A stretch of DNA of 57,432 bases from a virus (taxonomy: Duplodnaviria; Caudoviricetes), in the IMG/VR virus record IMGVR_UViG_3300035703_000111, positions 1 through 57,432 of that record. One strand, 5' to 3'. Position 1 is the stretch's first letter; each line of letters starts with the position of its first letter. The notes under the pieces are model-generated. The model was not told the origin of the DNA and did no database searches. It saw nothing but the letters and a program-made list of their open reading frames with translations. This document shows, piece after piece, positions 1 to 7,639 of the stretch. The translations under genes were made by a program, and so were the position numbers.

Positions 1-1
1 A

Positions 2-361
2 ATGGATAACAATTTTCACGAAGTGTATAATGATGTTGAAAAAGCAATTGATTATGCTTTTAATGGACAATTTGTATTGAAGTTTTATGACTATCTAAAA
101 GTTCGTGGAACAAAAAAAGTTGAAGTTGATGAGTTTATCGAAAGTTCAACGGCCAATGAATTAAGTAATCTTGTAATGGATCTTGACGATTATCTTGAGG
201 GTGGTTCTGATGAAATACACAAACAACTTCGTGAAGGTTATGGACATATTCCAAAACCACAAGCAAGAAAAATCAGAAACTACTTGTATGGCATCCTAGA
301 AGATGCATGGAAATATAGTCATGACAAAAAACCAGGACGAAAGAAAAAGCAAACTAAATAA
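2..361 (+). CDS. conserved cyanophage hypothetical protein
   Basis: 119-aa ORF with phage-like codon usage and a basic C-terminus; resembles conserved cyanomyovirus ORFs (LREGYGHIPKPQARKIRNYL). Confidence 0.75.
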   Translation: MDNNFHEVYNDVEKAIDYAFNGQFVLKFYDYLKVRGTKKVEVDEFIESSTANELSNLVMDLDDYLEGGSDEIHKQLREGYGHIPKPQARKIRNYLYGILEDAWKYSHDKKPGRKKKQTK

Positions 362-527
362 CAGTGAACCCCAGATAAATCGGGGCGTTGAGTTATTACT
401 ACGCAATAGGAGGAGAAGATCAGAAAAACCAAAAACTTTTCAAGTAAAGTTTGGTAAAATGATCTCTCTGTTCCGAAGAGAGTTTCATTTCTTTATCGAC
501 TTTCACTTTGATATAAGGAAAAAATAA
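321..527 (+). CDS. small basic hypothetical protein (start uncertain)
   Basis: ORF 303..527; INRGVELLLR...ISLFRREFHF segment resembles conserved cyanophage small ORFs; overlaps the upstream gene, so the start is unclear. Confidence 0.55.
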   Translation: MTKNQDERKSKLNNSEPQINRGVELLLRNRRRRSEKPKTFQVKFGKMISLFRREFHFFIDFHFDIRKK

Positions 528-545
528 ACTCTCTGGAGAAGACAA

Positions 546-776
546 ATGCTAGCAGTAACTCTAACCATAGGAACACTGGTTTCAATCATGTTCTTTTTTG
601 TAGGAGGAGTAGTAGGATGGTTGGCAAAAGAACACTTCTACCAAACTCAACCAGTTTACACACACCCAGAGATGTTTGATTCAAATGGGAATGTAATACC
701 AGACGAAATTTTAGCAGTGAGATTTGAAAATGACTTCGAATACGACTACGACGAGGAAGAGGAAGACAACGACTGA
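546..776 (+). CDS. small membrane-anchored hypothetical protein
   Basis: GGAG SD upstream; N-terminal hydrophobic helix; HPEMFDxNG motif; acidic tail. Confidence 0.75.
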   Translation: MLAVTLTIGTLVSIMFFFVGGVVGWLAKEHFYQTQPVYTHPEMFDSNGNVIPDEILAVRFENDFEYDYDEEEEDND

Positions 777-1311
777 AAACACAATTGAGTCCCTTCCTAT
801 AAATCCTTTTGTTTATGAAATTCTAGATCTTGCATCAAAGCAAAGATCTAATGCAAAGAAAGTAGAGGTGCTCAAAACTTATGAGCACGACTCGCTTAAA
901 ACAATCTTTATCTGGAACTTTGATGAGAGTGTAATTAGTCTTCTTCCAGAAGGTGATGTTCCTTATGCAAATGCAGAGGAGCAATCTGTTTATTCGGGAA
1001 CTCTATCAGATAATTTGAGAATGGAAGCTGCCGGAGGAGAATCTGCCACAGGTCAAGATCTTGATGGTAGAGGTAGAACTTCTCTTCGTAGAGAATACCA
1101 AAATCTTTATCACTATGTAAAAGGTGGTAATGCTGGACTTAATACTATTCGTCGTGAAATGATGTTTATTAATCTTCTCACAGGACTTCATCCTAAAGAA
1201 GCAGAAGTATTAATTCTTACAAAAGACAAGAAACTGACCGATAAATATAAGATAAGTTTCGAAAATGTCAAAGAAGCATATCCTGATATTCAATGGGGTG
1301 GCCGTTCATGA
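730..1311 (+). CDS. conserved T4-like cyanophage protein (DUF6433-like)
   Basis: Motifs WNFDESVISLLPEGDVPY and RREMMFINLLTGLHPKEAEVL are typical of this conserved myovirus family; ATG at 730. Confidence 0.75.
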   Translation: MTSNTTTTRKRKTTTENTIESLPINPFVYEILDLASKQRSNAKKVEVLKTYEHDSLKTIFIWNFDESVISLLPEGDVPYANAEEQSVYSGTLSDNLRMEAAGGESATGQDLDGRGRTSLRREYQNLYHYVKGGNAGLNTIRREMMFINLLTGLHPKEAEVLILTKDKKLTDKYKISFENVKEAYPDIQWGGRS

Positions 1312-1646
1312 CCGTAGTTGTTGGAGAAGATGTAAAGATGGCAGAATACTCAGAAAATCAAAAACTTGTTCTGCCACATGAATATGGTTGTGAGATTCTT
1401 CTAGAAAAAACAACTTTATCTAAAGCAAAAGATCCTTCATTTCCAAGCGATGCTTATTTAATTTGGTATATTGTTGATGGAGAAAAGCATATTGATTTAA
1501 CTAGAACTGCAAAGAGAGTAAATCTATTTGACATGTACTACGATAAGTATGGTCCTGGAGCAGTTCAAAAAATTGATTTTGGATATGGTAGAGTGAACCC
1601 TAAACTTTGGGGATATAAACAACCTGAGAAAAAGAAAAAAAGATGA
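1308..1646 (+). CDS. conserved cyanophage hypothetical protein
   Basis: ATGA overlap with upstream stop; LFDMYYDKYG...GYGRVNPKLWGY motif. Confidence 0.7.
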   Translation: MTVVVGEDVKMAEYSENQKLVLPHEYGCEILLEKTTLSKAKDPSFPSDAYLIWYIVDGEKHIDLTRTAKRVNLFDMYYDKYGPGAVQKIDFGYGRVNPKLWGYKQPEKKKKR

Positions 1647-1861
1647 GTGAAGGTTTTAAGGGATTTGCTGAATCAGCAGATGACAAGCAATTTAGACTTT
1701 ATATTAAAAATAGAGAAGTAAATAAACTTATCAAAGAATATAAGAAACTTAAAAAATATCAAAAATCATCTATTTTTGAAATTGAAAAACTTTCTGGACA
1801 AGAAACAAAAATAGATAAACTAATCAACCAATACGGGATAGACCCTGAAGCAATTGAATAA
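1643..1861 (+). CDS. hypothetical protein
   Basis: ATGA-coupled 72-aa ORF in the same operon. Confidence 0.65.
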   Translation: MSEGFKGFAESADDKQFRLYIKNREVNKLIKEYKKLKKYQKSSIFEIEKLSGQETKIDKLINQYGIDPEAIE

Positions 1862-2187
1862 TGGGAAAACATTATCTTCTAAATTTATATGGATGCTCGT
1901 TTGTTCTTCTGGACGACGAGCGTTGTCTTATTGACTTATTAGAAAACGCAGCAGCTGCAAGTGGTGCCACTGTGGTTCAGACTATCTCAAAGAAGTTTGA
2001 ACCACAAGGTGTTACTGTGATTTGCTTGTTGTCCGAAAGTCATATTAGCATTCATACTTGGCCTGAGGAAGGTAAGGCGGCAGTTGATGTTTATACTTGT
2101 GGTGATTGTAATCCTAAGATTGGTTGCGATATCATCATTCACCAACTTTGTGCCCAAGACCACACACTCAGTTACATTGAGCGGTAA
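1861..2187 (+). CDS. speD: S-adenosylmethionine decarboxylase proenzyme family (pyruvoyl-dependent decarboxylase)
   Basis: GKH...F.PQGVT...LSESHISIHTWPE...AVDVYTCG signature with the ES autocleavage site. Confidence 0.93.
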   Translation: MGKHYLLNLYGCSFVLLDDERCLIDLLENAAAASGATVVQTISKKFEPQGVTVICLLSESHISIHTWPEEGKAAVDVYTCGDCNPKIGCDIIIHQLCAQDHTLSYIER

Positions 2188-2214
2188 CTAAATACACTAT
2201 ATCTGGAGAAGTAT

Positions 2215-2532
2215 ATGCTCTCTACTCAATATCGTTTGCGACTTGAAGCAATCTGTGAACGTATTGCAAAAAGTGAACCTGTAGAGTTGAGTGATATGAT
2301 TTGGGCAGAAAAACTTGCCAAATCAAATCGTTCTGCTGCAACAATTCTTAGGCAAGCAAGACGCCGTGCTGCTAATCCTAATATGACTGAAGATAGTCTT
2401 GATGGATTTATGAATGCTTTAGATTTGGGAGATCCCGATCCTTCCAATCATAGAAATAGATTTGATAGTCCTGATGATATTATTGACTTCTTTACTGGAG
2501 ATAAACCCGAAGATTGGAGACAGAGAGACTGA
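2215..2532 (+). CDS. conserved cyanophage hypothetical protein
   Basis: GGAG SD, upstream CTAAATA late-like motif; MLSTQYRLRLEAIC...MIWAEKLAK...LGDPDP family motif. Confidence 0.75.
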   Translation: MLSTQYRLRLEAICERIAKSEPVELSDMIWAEKLAKSNRSAATILRQARRRAANPNMTEDSLDGFMNALDLGDPDPSNHRNRFDSPDDIIDFFTGDKPEDWRQRD

Positions 2533-2735
2533 TGAAATCCTTTCAAGAGTTTTTATCCGAAGAAGAGAAATCTTCAAAAAAAACTGCAGGTTATATTAAC
2601 GAACCAAAAGGAAATGAGAAGTGTTCTAACTGCAATATGTGGAGACCACCTAATGCTTGCACTGCTGTAAGTGGAAAGATATCTCCTGATGGTTGGTGTA
2701 AGTGGCATCAATACGATAGAAAGAACCAAGATTAA
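2532..2735 (+). CDS. HiPIP-like (high-potential iron-sulfur) protein
   Basis: TGATG-coupled start; C-x2-C-x8-C-x11-C with terminal I.P.GWC.W (CSNC...ACTAVSGKISPDGWCKW) matches the HiPIP ligand pattern. Confidence 0.8.
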   Translation: MKSFQEFLSEEEKSSKKTAGYINEPKGNEKCSNCNMWRPPNACTAVSGKISPDGWCKWHQYDRKNQD

Positions 2736-2750
2736 GAAATAATAAAATTG

Positions 2751-2764
2751 GTATAACATTTTAC
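2751..2764. promoter_or_regulatory. putative NtcA binding site
   Basis: GTA-TAACATTT-TAC = GTA-N8-TAC, just upstream of the -35 of the riboswitch promoter. Confidence 0.5.
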
Positions 2765-2772
2765 AAACATAC

Positions 2773-2801
2773 TTGCATAGATATGATAGCAGGTCTATAA
2801 T
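2773..2801 (+). promoter_or_regulatory. sigma70-type promoter
   Basis: TTGCAT-17 nt-TATAAT; predicted +1 near 2808, at the start of the aptamer. Confidence 0.75.
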
Positions 2802-2806
2802 GACCT

Positions 2807-2908
2807 TACGTTCATCCAGGTAACTGGACGCAAGTAGGACGGCGGAACGGATCGTTCATTCGCTATTCGCAAATAGCGAACGCAAACCGCCCGAAGGAAC
2901 GGGGCCTA
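2807..2908 (+). ncRNA. glutamine riboswitch (glnA/Downstream-peptide family), double aptamer
   Basis: Two CGTTCA-hairpin-CGCA...GGAACGG units, AGTA/GAA E-loop strands, GNRA-capped P2; lies directly upstream of a DUF4278-type YRG peptide gene. Confidence 0.8.
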
Positions 2909-2935
2909 AAAATCTCATTTCTTTGGAGCAAAACA

Positions 2936-3073
2936 ATGGCAAAAGTAGTATATCGTGGCATCGAATATGATACCCAGAAGCGTCTGGAGTATCAACAGCA
3001 AATGATGCAACAACCCCAACAGTACAACGAAACATATCGTGGTGTTAAGTTTACTAAGGAGGGACATAAGTGA
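2936..3073 (+). CDS. DUF4278-like small protein (45 aa)
   Basis: Not in ORF track. GGAG SD; MAKVVYRGIEYD...TYRGVKF has two YRG motifs, as seen in peptides downstream of cyanobacterial glutamine riboswitches. Confidence 0.85.
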   Translation: MAKVVYRGIEYDTQKRLEYQQQMMQQPQQYNETYRGVKFTKEGHK

Positions 3074-3171
3074 TGAAGAAACTTAATGTGCTTCAACTCA
3101 TTAAAGAGCAAAAGCAAAAAGAGCAACGTCGTTATCAAGCACTGCTTGTGAACGCAGGAGCAGGTAAGTGA
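3073..3171 (+). CDS. 32-aa basic peptide
   Basis: Not in ORF track. TGATG-coupled; MKKLNVLQLIKEQKQKEQRRYQALLVNAGAGK. Confidence 0.65.
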   Translation: MKKLNVLQLIKEQKQKEQRRYQALLVNAGAGK

Positions 3172-3254
3172 TTGCTACGATTGCAGCTATTACTTGTGCA
3201 TCGACAGCATTCATTTATCTAATTTATTTTGAAGTTCTATTGCTAAACAAGTAA
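3168..3254 (+). CDS. 28-aa hydrophobic peptide
   Basis: Not in ORF track. GTGA overlap, GGAG SD; MIATIAAITCASTAFIYLIYFEVLLLNK (single TM-like helix). Confidence 0.5.
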   Translation: MIATIAAITCASTAFIYLIYFEVLLLNK

Positions 3255-3409
3255 TGGAAAATTACCATTACCATTATGATGATATGGATAAGGACAGTAG
3301 AGGGCCTGCTTGTTATCTTTTAACATATAGAGGATGTCGATACTGGTCTTGTTACCGCATTCATCTAGTGGAATGGTTTGAAAAAATGTTTAAGTCAGAG
3401 GGGTCTTGA
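3254..3409 (+). CDS. 51-aa DUF4278-like peptide
   Basis: Not in ORF track. TAATG-coupled; contains LLTYRGCRY (YRG motif). Confidence 0.6.
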   Translation: MENYHYHYDDMDKDSRGPACYLLTYRGCRYWSCYRIHLVEWFEKMFKSEGS

Positions 3410-3425
3410 CACTCCTCTTTTTTTT
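3398..3425 (+). terminator. rho-independent terminator
   Basis: GAGGGGT-cttgac-ACTCCTC stem followed by a T-tract. Confidence 0.7.
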
Positions 3426-3434
3426 ATGTATAAT
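3406..3434 (+). promoter_or_regulatory. consensus sigma70 (early) promoter
   Basis: TTGACA-17 nt-TATAAT; the -35 lies largely in the terminator loop. Confidence 0.85.
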
Positions 3435-3457
3435 TACCTTTGTTGAGGTTCATAAAG

Positions 3458-3637
3458 ATGGATAGAGAAAAGCTTAAGCTGATTGTCAAAAACCTTGAGT
3501 CTCTGGTAGAATGTCTAAAGTCAGAAGTTTATTCTGATGTAGATTCTTATAAAATGAACTACGAAGAGATTTCACAACACATTACTGATTACGACGAAGT
3601 ATTTTATGACGGAGATGACGATGGATACGCAGATTGA
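3458..3637 (+). CDS. conserved cyanophage hypothetical protein
   Basis: GAGG SD; MDREKLKLIVKNLESLV...LKSEVYSD motif. Confidence 0.7.
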   Translation: MDREKLKLIVKNLESLVECLKSEVYSDVDSYKMNYEEISQHITDYDEVFYDGDDDGYAD

Positions 3638-4340
3638 TGAGTTTGAGTTTATGAAACCAGAAGTAAAACTCATTAGTGTTACGCCAGATGCAGAGAAGCA
3701 CATGGCATATTGTGCTAGGGTAAGTAATCCTGCTAATCAAGAAAACGAAAAGTTCTCTGGACTTCTGAAATATTGTATTCAACATCAACACTGGTCAATC
3801 TTCGAACAGGCAAGTATGACTGTTGAGATTAATACTACTCGTGGTATTGCAGCCCAGATCTTGCGTCATAGGTCTTTTACATATCAAGAATTTTCTCAAC
3901 GATATGCTGATACAAATCTTCTAAACAAAACTATTCCTCTTCCTGAACTTCGTCGTCAGGATGATAAGAACCGTCAGAACTCAATCGATGATATTCCTGA
4001 CTATCTGCGTCTGACTCTGACAGAAGACATCCGTGTTCATTTTGAGCACTCTCTACGCCTCTACAATCGCCTCCTGGAGAAAGGAGTGGCAAAGGAGTGT
4101 GCAAGGTTTGTACTGCCTCTGGCCACGCCCACACGCCTCTATATGACTGGCTCTGTAAGGTCATGGATCCACTACATTGATCTTCGTTCAGCACACGGTA
4201 CACAGAAAGAACATATGGAGATTGCAGAACTGGTACGTTGTATCTTTACCTGTCAGTTCCCTGCTGTATCTGAAGCACTTGGTTGGACTCGTGAAGGATG
4301 TTCTGAGTGTCCTGATGCACCTTCCATTACTATTGAATAA
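3621..4340 (+). CDS. thyX: flavin-dependent thymidylate synthase ThyX
   Basis: QILRHRSFTYQEFSQRY ThyX signature, HWSIFEQ, ECARFVLP, GTQKEH; start 3621 (GGAG SD) or 3651. Confidence 0.97.
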   Translation: MDTQIDEFEFMKPEVKLISVTPDAEKHMAYCARVSNPANQENEKFSGLLKYCIQHQHWSIFEQASMTVEINTTRGIAAQILRHRSFTYQEFSQRYADTNLLNKTIPLPELRRQDDKNRQNSIDDIPDYLRLTLTEDIRVHFEHSLRLYNRLLEKGVAKECARFVLPLATPTRLYMTGSVRSWIHYIDLRSAHGTQKEHMEIAELVRCIFTCQFPAVSEALGWTREGCSECPDAPSITIE

Positions 4341-4368
4341 ATATCTGCATATAAAATGGAGGTTTAAA

Positions 4369-4617
4369 TTGCCCACATATCCTGTAGTTAATAAAGAAAC
4401 TGGCGAACAGAAAGAAGTGACAATGAGTGTCCATGATTGGGACCAATGGAAACAGGACAATCCAAAATGGGAAAGAGATTGGTCTGATCCTACAACTTGC
4501 CCGGCAGCAGGAGAGATTGGAGAAGTATATGATCGTCTTAAGAAATCTCATCCTGGATGGAATGATGTTTTAAGAAAAGCATCAAAAGCACCCGGATCAA
4601 CTGTAAAACCAATTTGA
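4369..4617 (+). CDS. conserved cyanophage small protein (MPTYP family)
   Basis: GGAGG SD and TTG start at 4369; PTYPVVNKETGE...HPGWNDVL motif, typically found upstream of phoH. Confidence 0.75.
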   Translation: MPTYPVVNKETGEQKEVTMSVHDWDQWKQDNPKWERDWSDPTTCPAAGEIGEVYDRLKKSHPGWNDVLRKASKAPGSTVKPI

Positions 4618-4623
4618 TAAAAT

Positions 4624-5382
4624 ATGCCTGCTAAGAAAAGAAACACTCCTCAAAATCCTGTTCCTTTTGGAATGAGTAATCGACAAATGAAAAGGAAAAA
4701 GCCAATCAGTCTTGATTTGATGAGGACAGTTGAACCTCTCACAAATAATCAAGAATTGCTATTTCAATCTTATAAGAAAGATCAGAACATCGTTGCATAT
4801 GGTGCTGCTGGTACAGGTAAGACATTCATCACTCTCTATAATGCATTGAAAGATGTATTGGATGAAAAAACTCCTTACGAAAAAATTTATATCGTTCGTT
4901 CTCTTGTAGCTACAAGAGAAATTGGATTTCTTCCTGGAGATCATGAAGATAAATCTTCTCTTTATCAGATTCCGTATAAGAATATGGTAAAGTACATGTT
5001 TGAAATGCCAGATGACTCTGCATTTGAGATGCTCTATGGCAATCTAAAAACACAAGGAACGATTAGTTTCTGGAGTACTTCTTTTATTCGCGGTACAACA
5101 CTTGACAATTGTATCATCATTGTTGATGAGTTTCAGAATTTAAATTTCCATGAGTTGGATTCAATCATCACTCGTGTTGGTGAAGATTCTAAGATTATGT
5201 TCTGTGGTGATGCAACACAATCTGACCTCGTAAAAACTGCGGAAAAGAATGGCATTATCGATTTCATGAGAATTCTAAATGTCATGCCTTCAATGGATGT
5301 TATTGAATTTGGTATTGAAGATATTGTTCGTTCAGGACTATGTAAGGAATATCTAATTGCAAAGTCGGAATTGAATCTATGA
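4624..5382 (+). CDS. phoH: PhoH family ATPase
   Basis: GAAGTGKT Walker A, REIGFLPG, SFIRGTT, IIVDEFQN, CGD..QSDL, DIVRSGL. Confidence 0.97.
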   Translation: MPAKKRNTPQNPVPFGMSNRQMKRKKPISLDLMRTVEPLTNNQELLFQSYKKDQNIVAYGAAGTGKTFITLYNALKDVLDEKTPYEKIYIVRSLVATREIGFLPGDHEDKSSLYQIPYKNMVKYMFEMPDDSAFEMLYGNLKTQGTISFWSTSFIRGTTLDNCIIIVDEFQNLNFHELDSIITRVGEDSKIMFCGDATQSDLVKTAEKNGIIDFMRILNVMPSMDVIEFGIEDIVRSGLCKEYLIAKSELNL

Positions 5383-6059
5383 CATTTATTCATCATAATT
5401 ATCTGGGTGACATTGAATTAGAATGCAAAACAACAGAAAGTATTCGTCTTTATAATCTTCCGAATGGTAACTGGGTTCCTTCTATTACTTCAGTTACCTC
5501 ATTTTATAATCGACAAATCTTTGTGAAGTGGAGACAAAGAGTTGGTATTGAAGAAGCAAATCGTATCACTAAAAAGGCAACAGCAAGAGGAACTGATTTT
5601 CACCAAGTTTGTCAAGATTACCTTGAAAACAAGGAATTAAACTGGGATGATTATCAACTCCTGACAAAACATATGTTCTTTCATGCAAAACCATATCTAG
5701 ATAAGATAAATAATATCCATGCGATCGAAAGAACACTCTATTCAGAATACTTAGGTCTAGCTGGTAGAGTCGATTGTATTGCAGAGTATGATGGAGAACT
5801 TGCTGTTATTGACTTTAAGACATCTGAAAAAATTAAACCCGAAGAGTGGATTGAAAATTACTTTGTTCAAGAAACATTCTATGCGGCTGCGTATTATGAA
5901 CTTACAGGTAAAGTAGTTAAAAAACTTATTACATTGATGGTCACTCCTGGTGGAGAAGTAAAAGTGTTTGACAAAAGAAACAAAGACGATTATATTAAGT
6001 TATTAGTTCGTTATATTAAAGAATTTGTACATCACAATACTGGGTCAAATGGAGAATGA
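5379..6059 (+). CDS. PD-(D/E)XK exonuclease (T4-like cyanophage exonuclease)
   Basis: PSITSV, RGT.FH, AGRVDCIAE...VIDFKTS, Q..Y motifs. Confidence 0.88.
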   Translation: MTFIHHNYLGDIELECKTTESIRLYNLPNGNWVPSITSVTSFYNRQIFVKWRQRVGIEEANRITKKATARGTDFHQVCQDYLENKELNWDDYQLLTKHMFFHAKPYLDKINNIHAIERTLYSEYLGLAGRVDCIAEYDGELAVIDFKTSEKIKPEEWIENYFVQETFYAAAYYELTGKVVKKLITLMVTPGGEVKVFDKRNKDDYIKLLVRYIKEFVHHNTGSNGE

Positions 6060-6306
6060 GTTAGAAAAGGTATTAGAAAGTAAATTTTTCTGCCCTTCTC
6101 GTTTTGCACAGGAGATTGAATCTTTAGTGCAAACAAATGAAGATATGAACTATATCGATGCGATTGTTTACTTTTGTGAGAAGAATAACATTGATGTAGA
6201 ATCGGTTCCTAAGTTGATTTCAAAACCACTGAAGGAAAAGATTAAATATGAAGCAATGGAACTTAACTTTCTAAAGAAAACTTCCCGTGCAAAATTGATT
6301 TTTTGA
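6049..6306 (+). CDS. gp33: late promoter transcription accessory protein
   Basis: F...IE..V....YIDAIV.FCE.N.I...SVPKLISKPLKEKI..EA..LNFL is the gp33 pattern. Confidence 0.9.
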   Translation: MENELEKVLESKFFCPSRFAQEIESLVQTNEDMNYIDAIVYFCEKNNIDVESVPKLISKPLKEKIKYEAMELNFLKKTSRAKLIF

Positions 6307-6903
6307 ATGATGCCCGTTGATGCTTATAGGCAATATCTTGCCTTAAAGAATCACTTTACTAAAGATAGTTATGACTATCATAAGTATTGTGGTAAAAGTC
6401 GTGCTACAGTGCAATCTTTCTACAAACGGAAGGACAGATTTTGGTTTGAGAAGATTGCAAGACAAAAGACAGATCAAGAAGTTGTTGAATTCTTTGTATC
6501 AAACTTCATCACCTGCACTGATCCAAGTAAACTTTGGATAGGAGAAATGATACGTGAAGGTGAAAGTAGATACGAGCAATGGAAGAAAAGAAATCAATCA
6601 CTATCTTATGTCTTCAAAGAAGAAACTCAAAGTTTATTCGAGAACAAAAAAGTCGATGATGTATTTGACTGTTCTAAAGGTCATCCAGTAATTCTTAAAA
6701 GTTTCCTGAGCGGTAAAATTAGCCCCGAAACAATGGTGATTTATGATAAAATTTTCCTGTTCGGTAAACATTTTGATAAGAAACTCCAAGATCCTGTATG
6801 GGAATCTGTCAGTAAAAAGATCAAAAAGTATTCTCCTTTTCTAAATATTGATGTGCAGCGTTACAAGACAATCCTTAAAAATGTTGTTCTGGGAGATCAA
6901 TGA
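6307..6903 (+). CDS. gp59: helicase loader
   Basis: YLALKNHFT...YDY.KY.GK....SFYKRKDRFWFEK pattern; synteny with gp33. Confidence 0.9.
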   Translation: MMPVDAYRQYLALKNHFTKDSYDYHKYCGKSRATVQSFYKRKDRFWFEKIARQKTDQEVVEFFVSNFITCTDPSKLWIGEMIREGESRYEQWKKRNQSLSYVFKEETQSLFENKKVDDVFDCSKGHPVILKSFLSGKISPETMVIYDKIFLFGKHFDKKLQDPVWESVSKKIKKYSPFLNIDVQRYKTILKNVVLGDQ

Positions 6904-7244
6904 GTTTCTTTAAATCTGAAGTCGTCCGTGCAGAGATGGCTGAAATATCTGAAATGCAAGAGGAAATCTACAAAAATGTTTTTGAGTTTCCTCGTATGTC
7001 TAAAGAGCAAAAATTATCTCATGTAGAACTCTTAGACAAACTATTGAATAAACAAAAGGTGCTTTATACTCGTTTGAGTTTATCTGATGATCCTGAAGCT
7101 CAGGAAATGAAAAATCGTATTGCTGAGTCGGCATCAATGATGGGACTTCCTCCAAATGTTGATATGAATATTATTTTCAATAATATGAGTAAGATGCTGG
7201 AGGCAATGCGACAAAAGATTGATGAAAAAGGTTCAGATTTTTAG
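6900..7244 (+). CDS. DUF1825-like cyanobacterial/cyanophage protein
   Basis: MSFF.SE.V..E...LYTRLSLSDDPEA motif. Confidence 0.8.
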   Translation: MSFFKSEVVRAEMAEISEMQEEIYKNVFEFPRMSKEQKLSHVELLDKLLNKQKVLYTRLSLSDDPEAQEMKNRIAESASMMGLPPNVDMNIIFNNMSKMLEAMRQKIDEKGSDF

Positions 7245-7255
7245 AATAAAAAGAT

Positions 7256-7639
7256 CTACGGTTTATTCAAAAATCTAGCATAAGGAACGGTACGTAAATA
7301 ATTAATCTCATCATTTTTTATAACATGTAATGGTCCAGCGACTTCTTGCCATGTGTAATTTTTTATTGTTCCCCAATGAAAGTTTAATCCAATAAATCCC
7401 CATTTTTGAACATCAATACAAGCAATTAATGGATGAACATCAAAGGTAATATCTGATGTCTTTGCAAGATATATAAAAGTATAATATTTTCCAACCTTAG
7501 GTATAAATTCAGTTTCTCTAAAAATACTAAGTATTTCCATCATAATTAAATCTGGATCTGTAATTCCTTTTATTCTTTTTTTGAGTTGTTGTACTCTTGG
7601 TGATGATTCCTTAATATTTTTACCAAAACCTTCTGCCAT
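7256..7639 (-). CDS. gp2: DNA end protector-like protein
   Basis: GKYYTFIY.AKT....D.HPLI...GF.GLNFHW motif; adjacent to gp4. Confidence 0.7.
   Translation of the reverse strand: MAEGFGKNIKESSPRVQQLKKRIKGITDPDLIMMEILSIFRETEFIPKVGKYYTFIYLAKTSDITFDVHPLIACIDVQKWGFIGLNFHWGTIKNYTWQEVAGPLHVIKNDEINYLRTVPYARFLNKP

Noticed and set aside
5379-6059. Cas4-like nuclease as part of a CRISPR system
   Set aside because: PD-(D/E)XK core without the four-Cys Fe-S pattern; standard exonuclease position between phoH and gp33; no array nearby.
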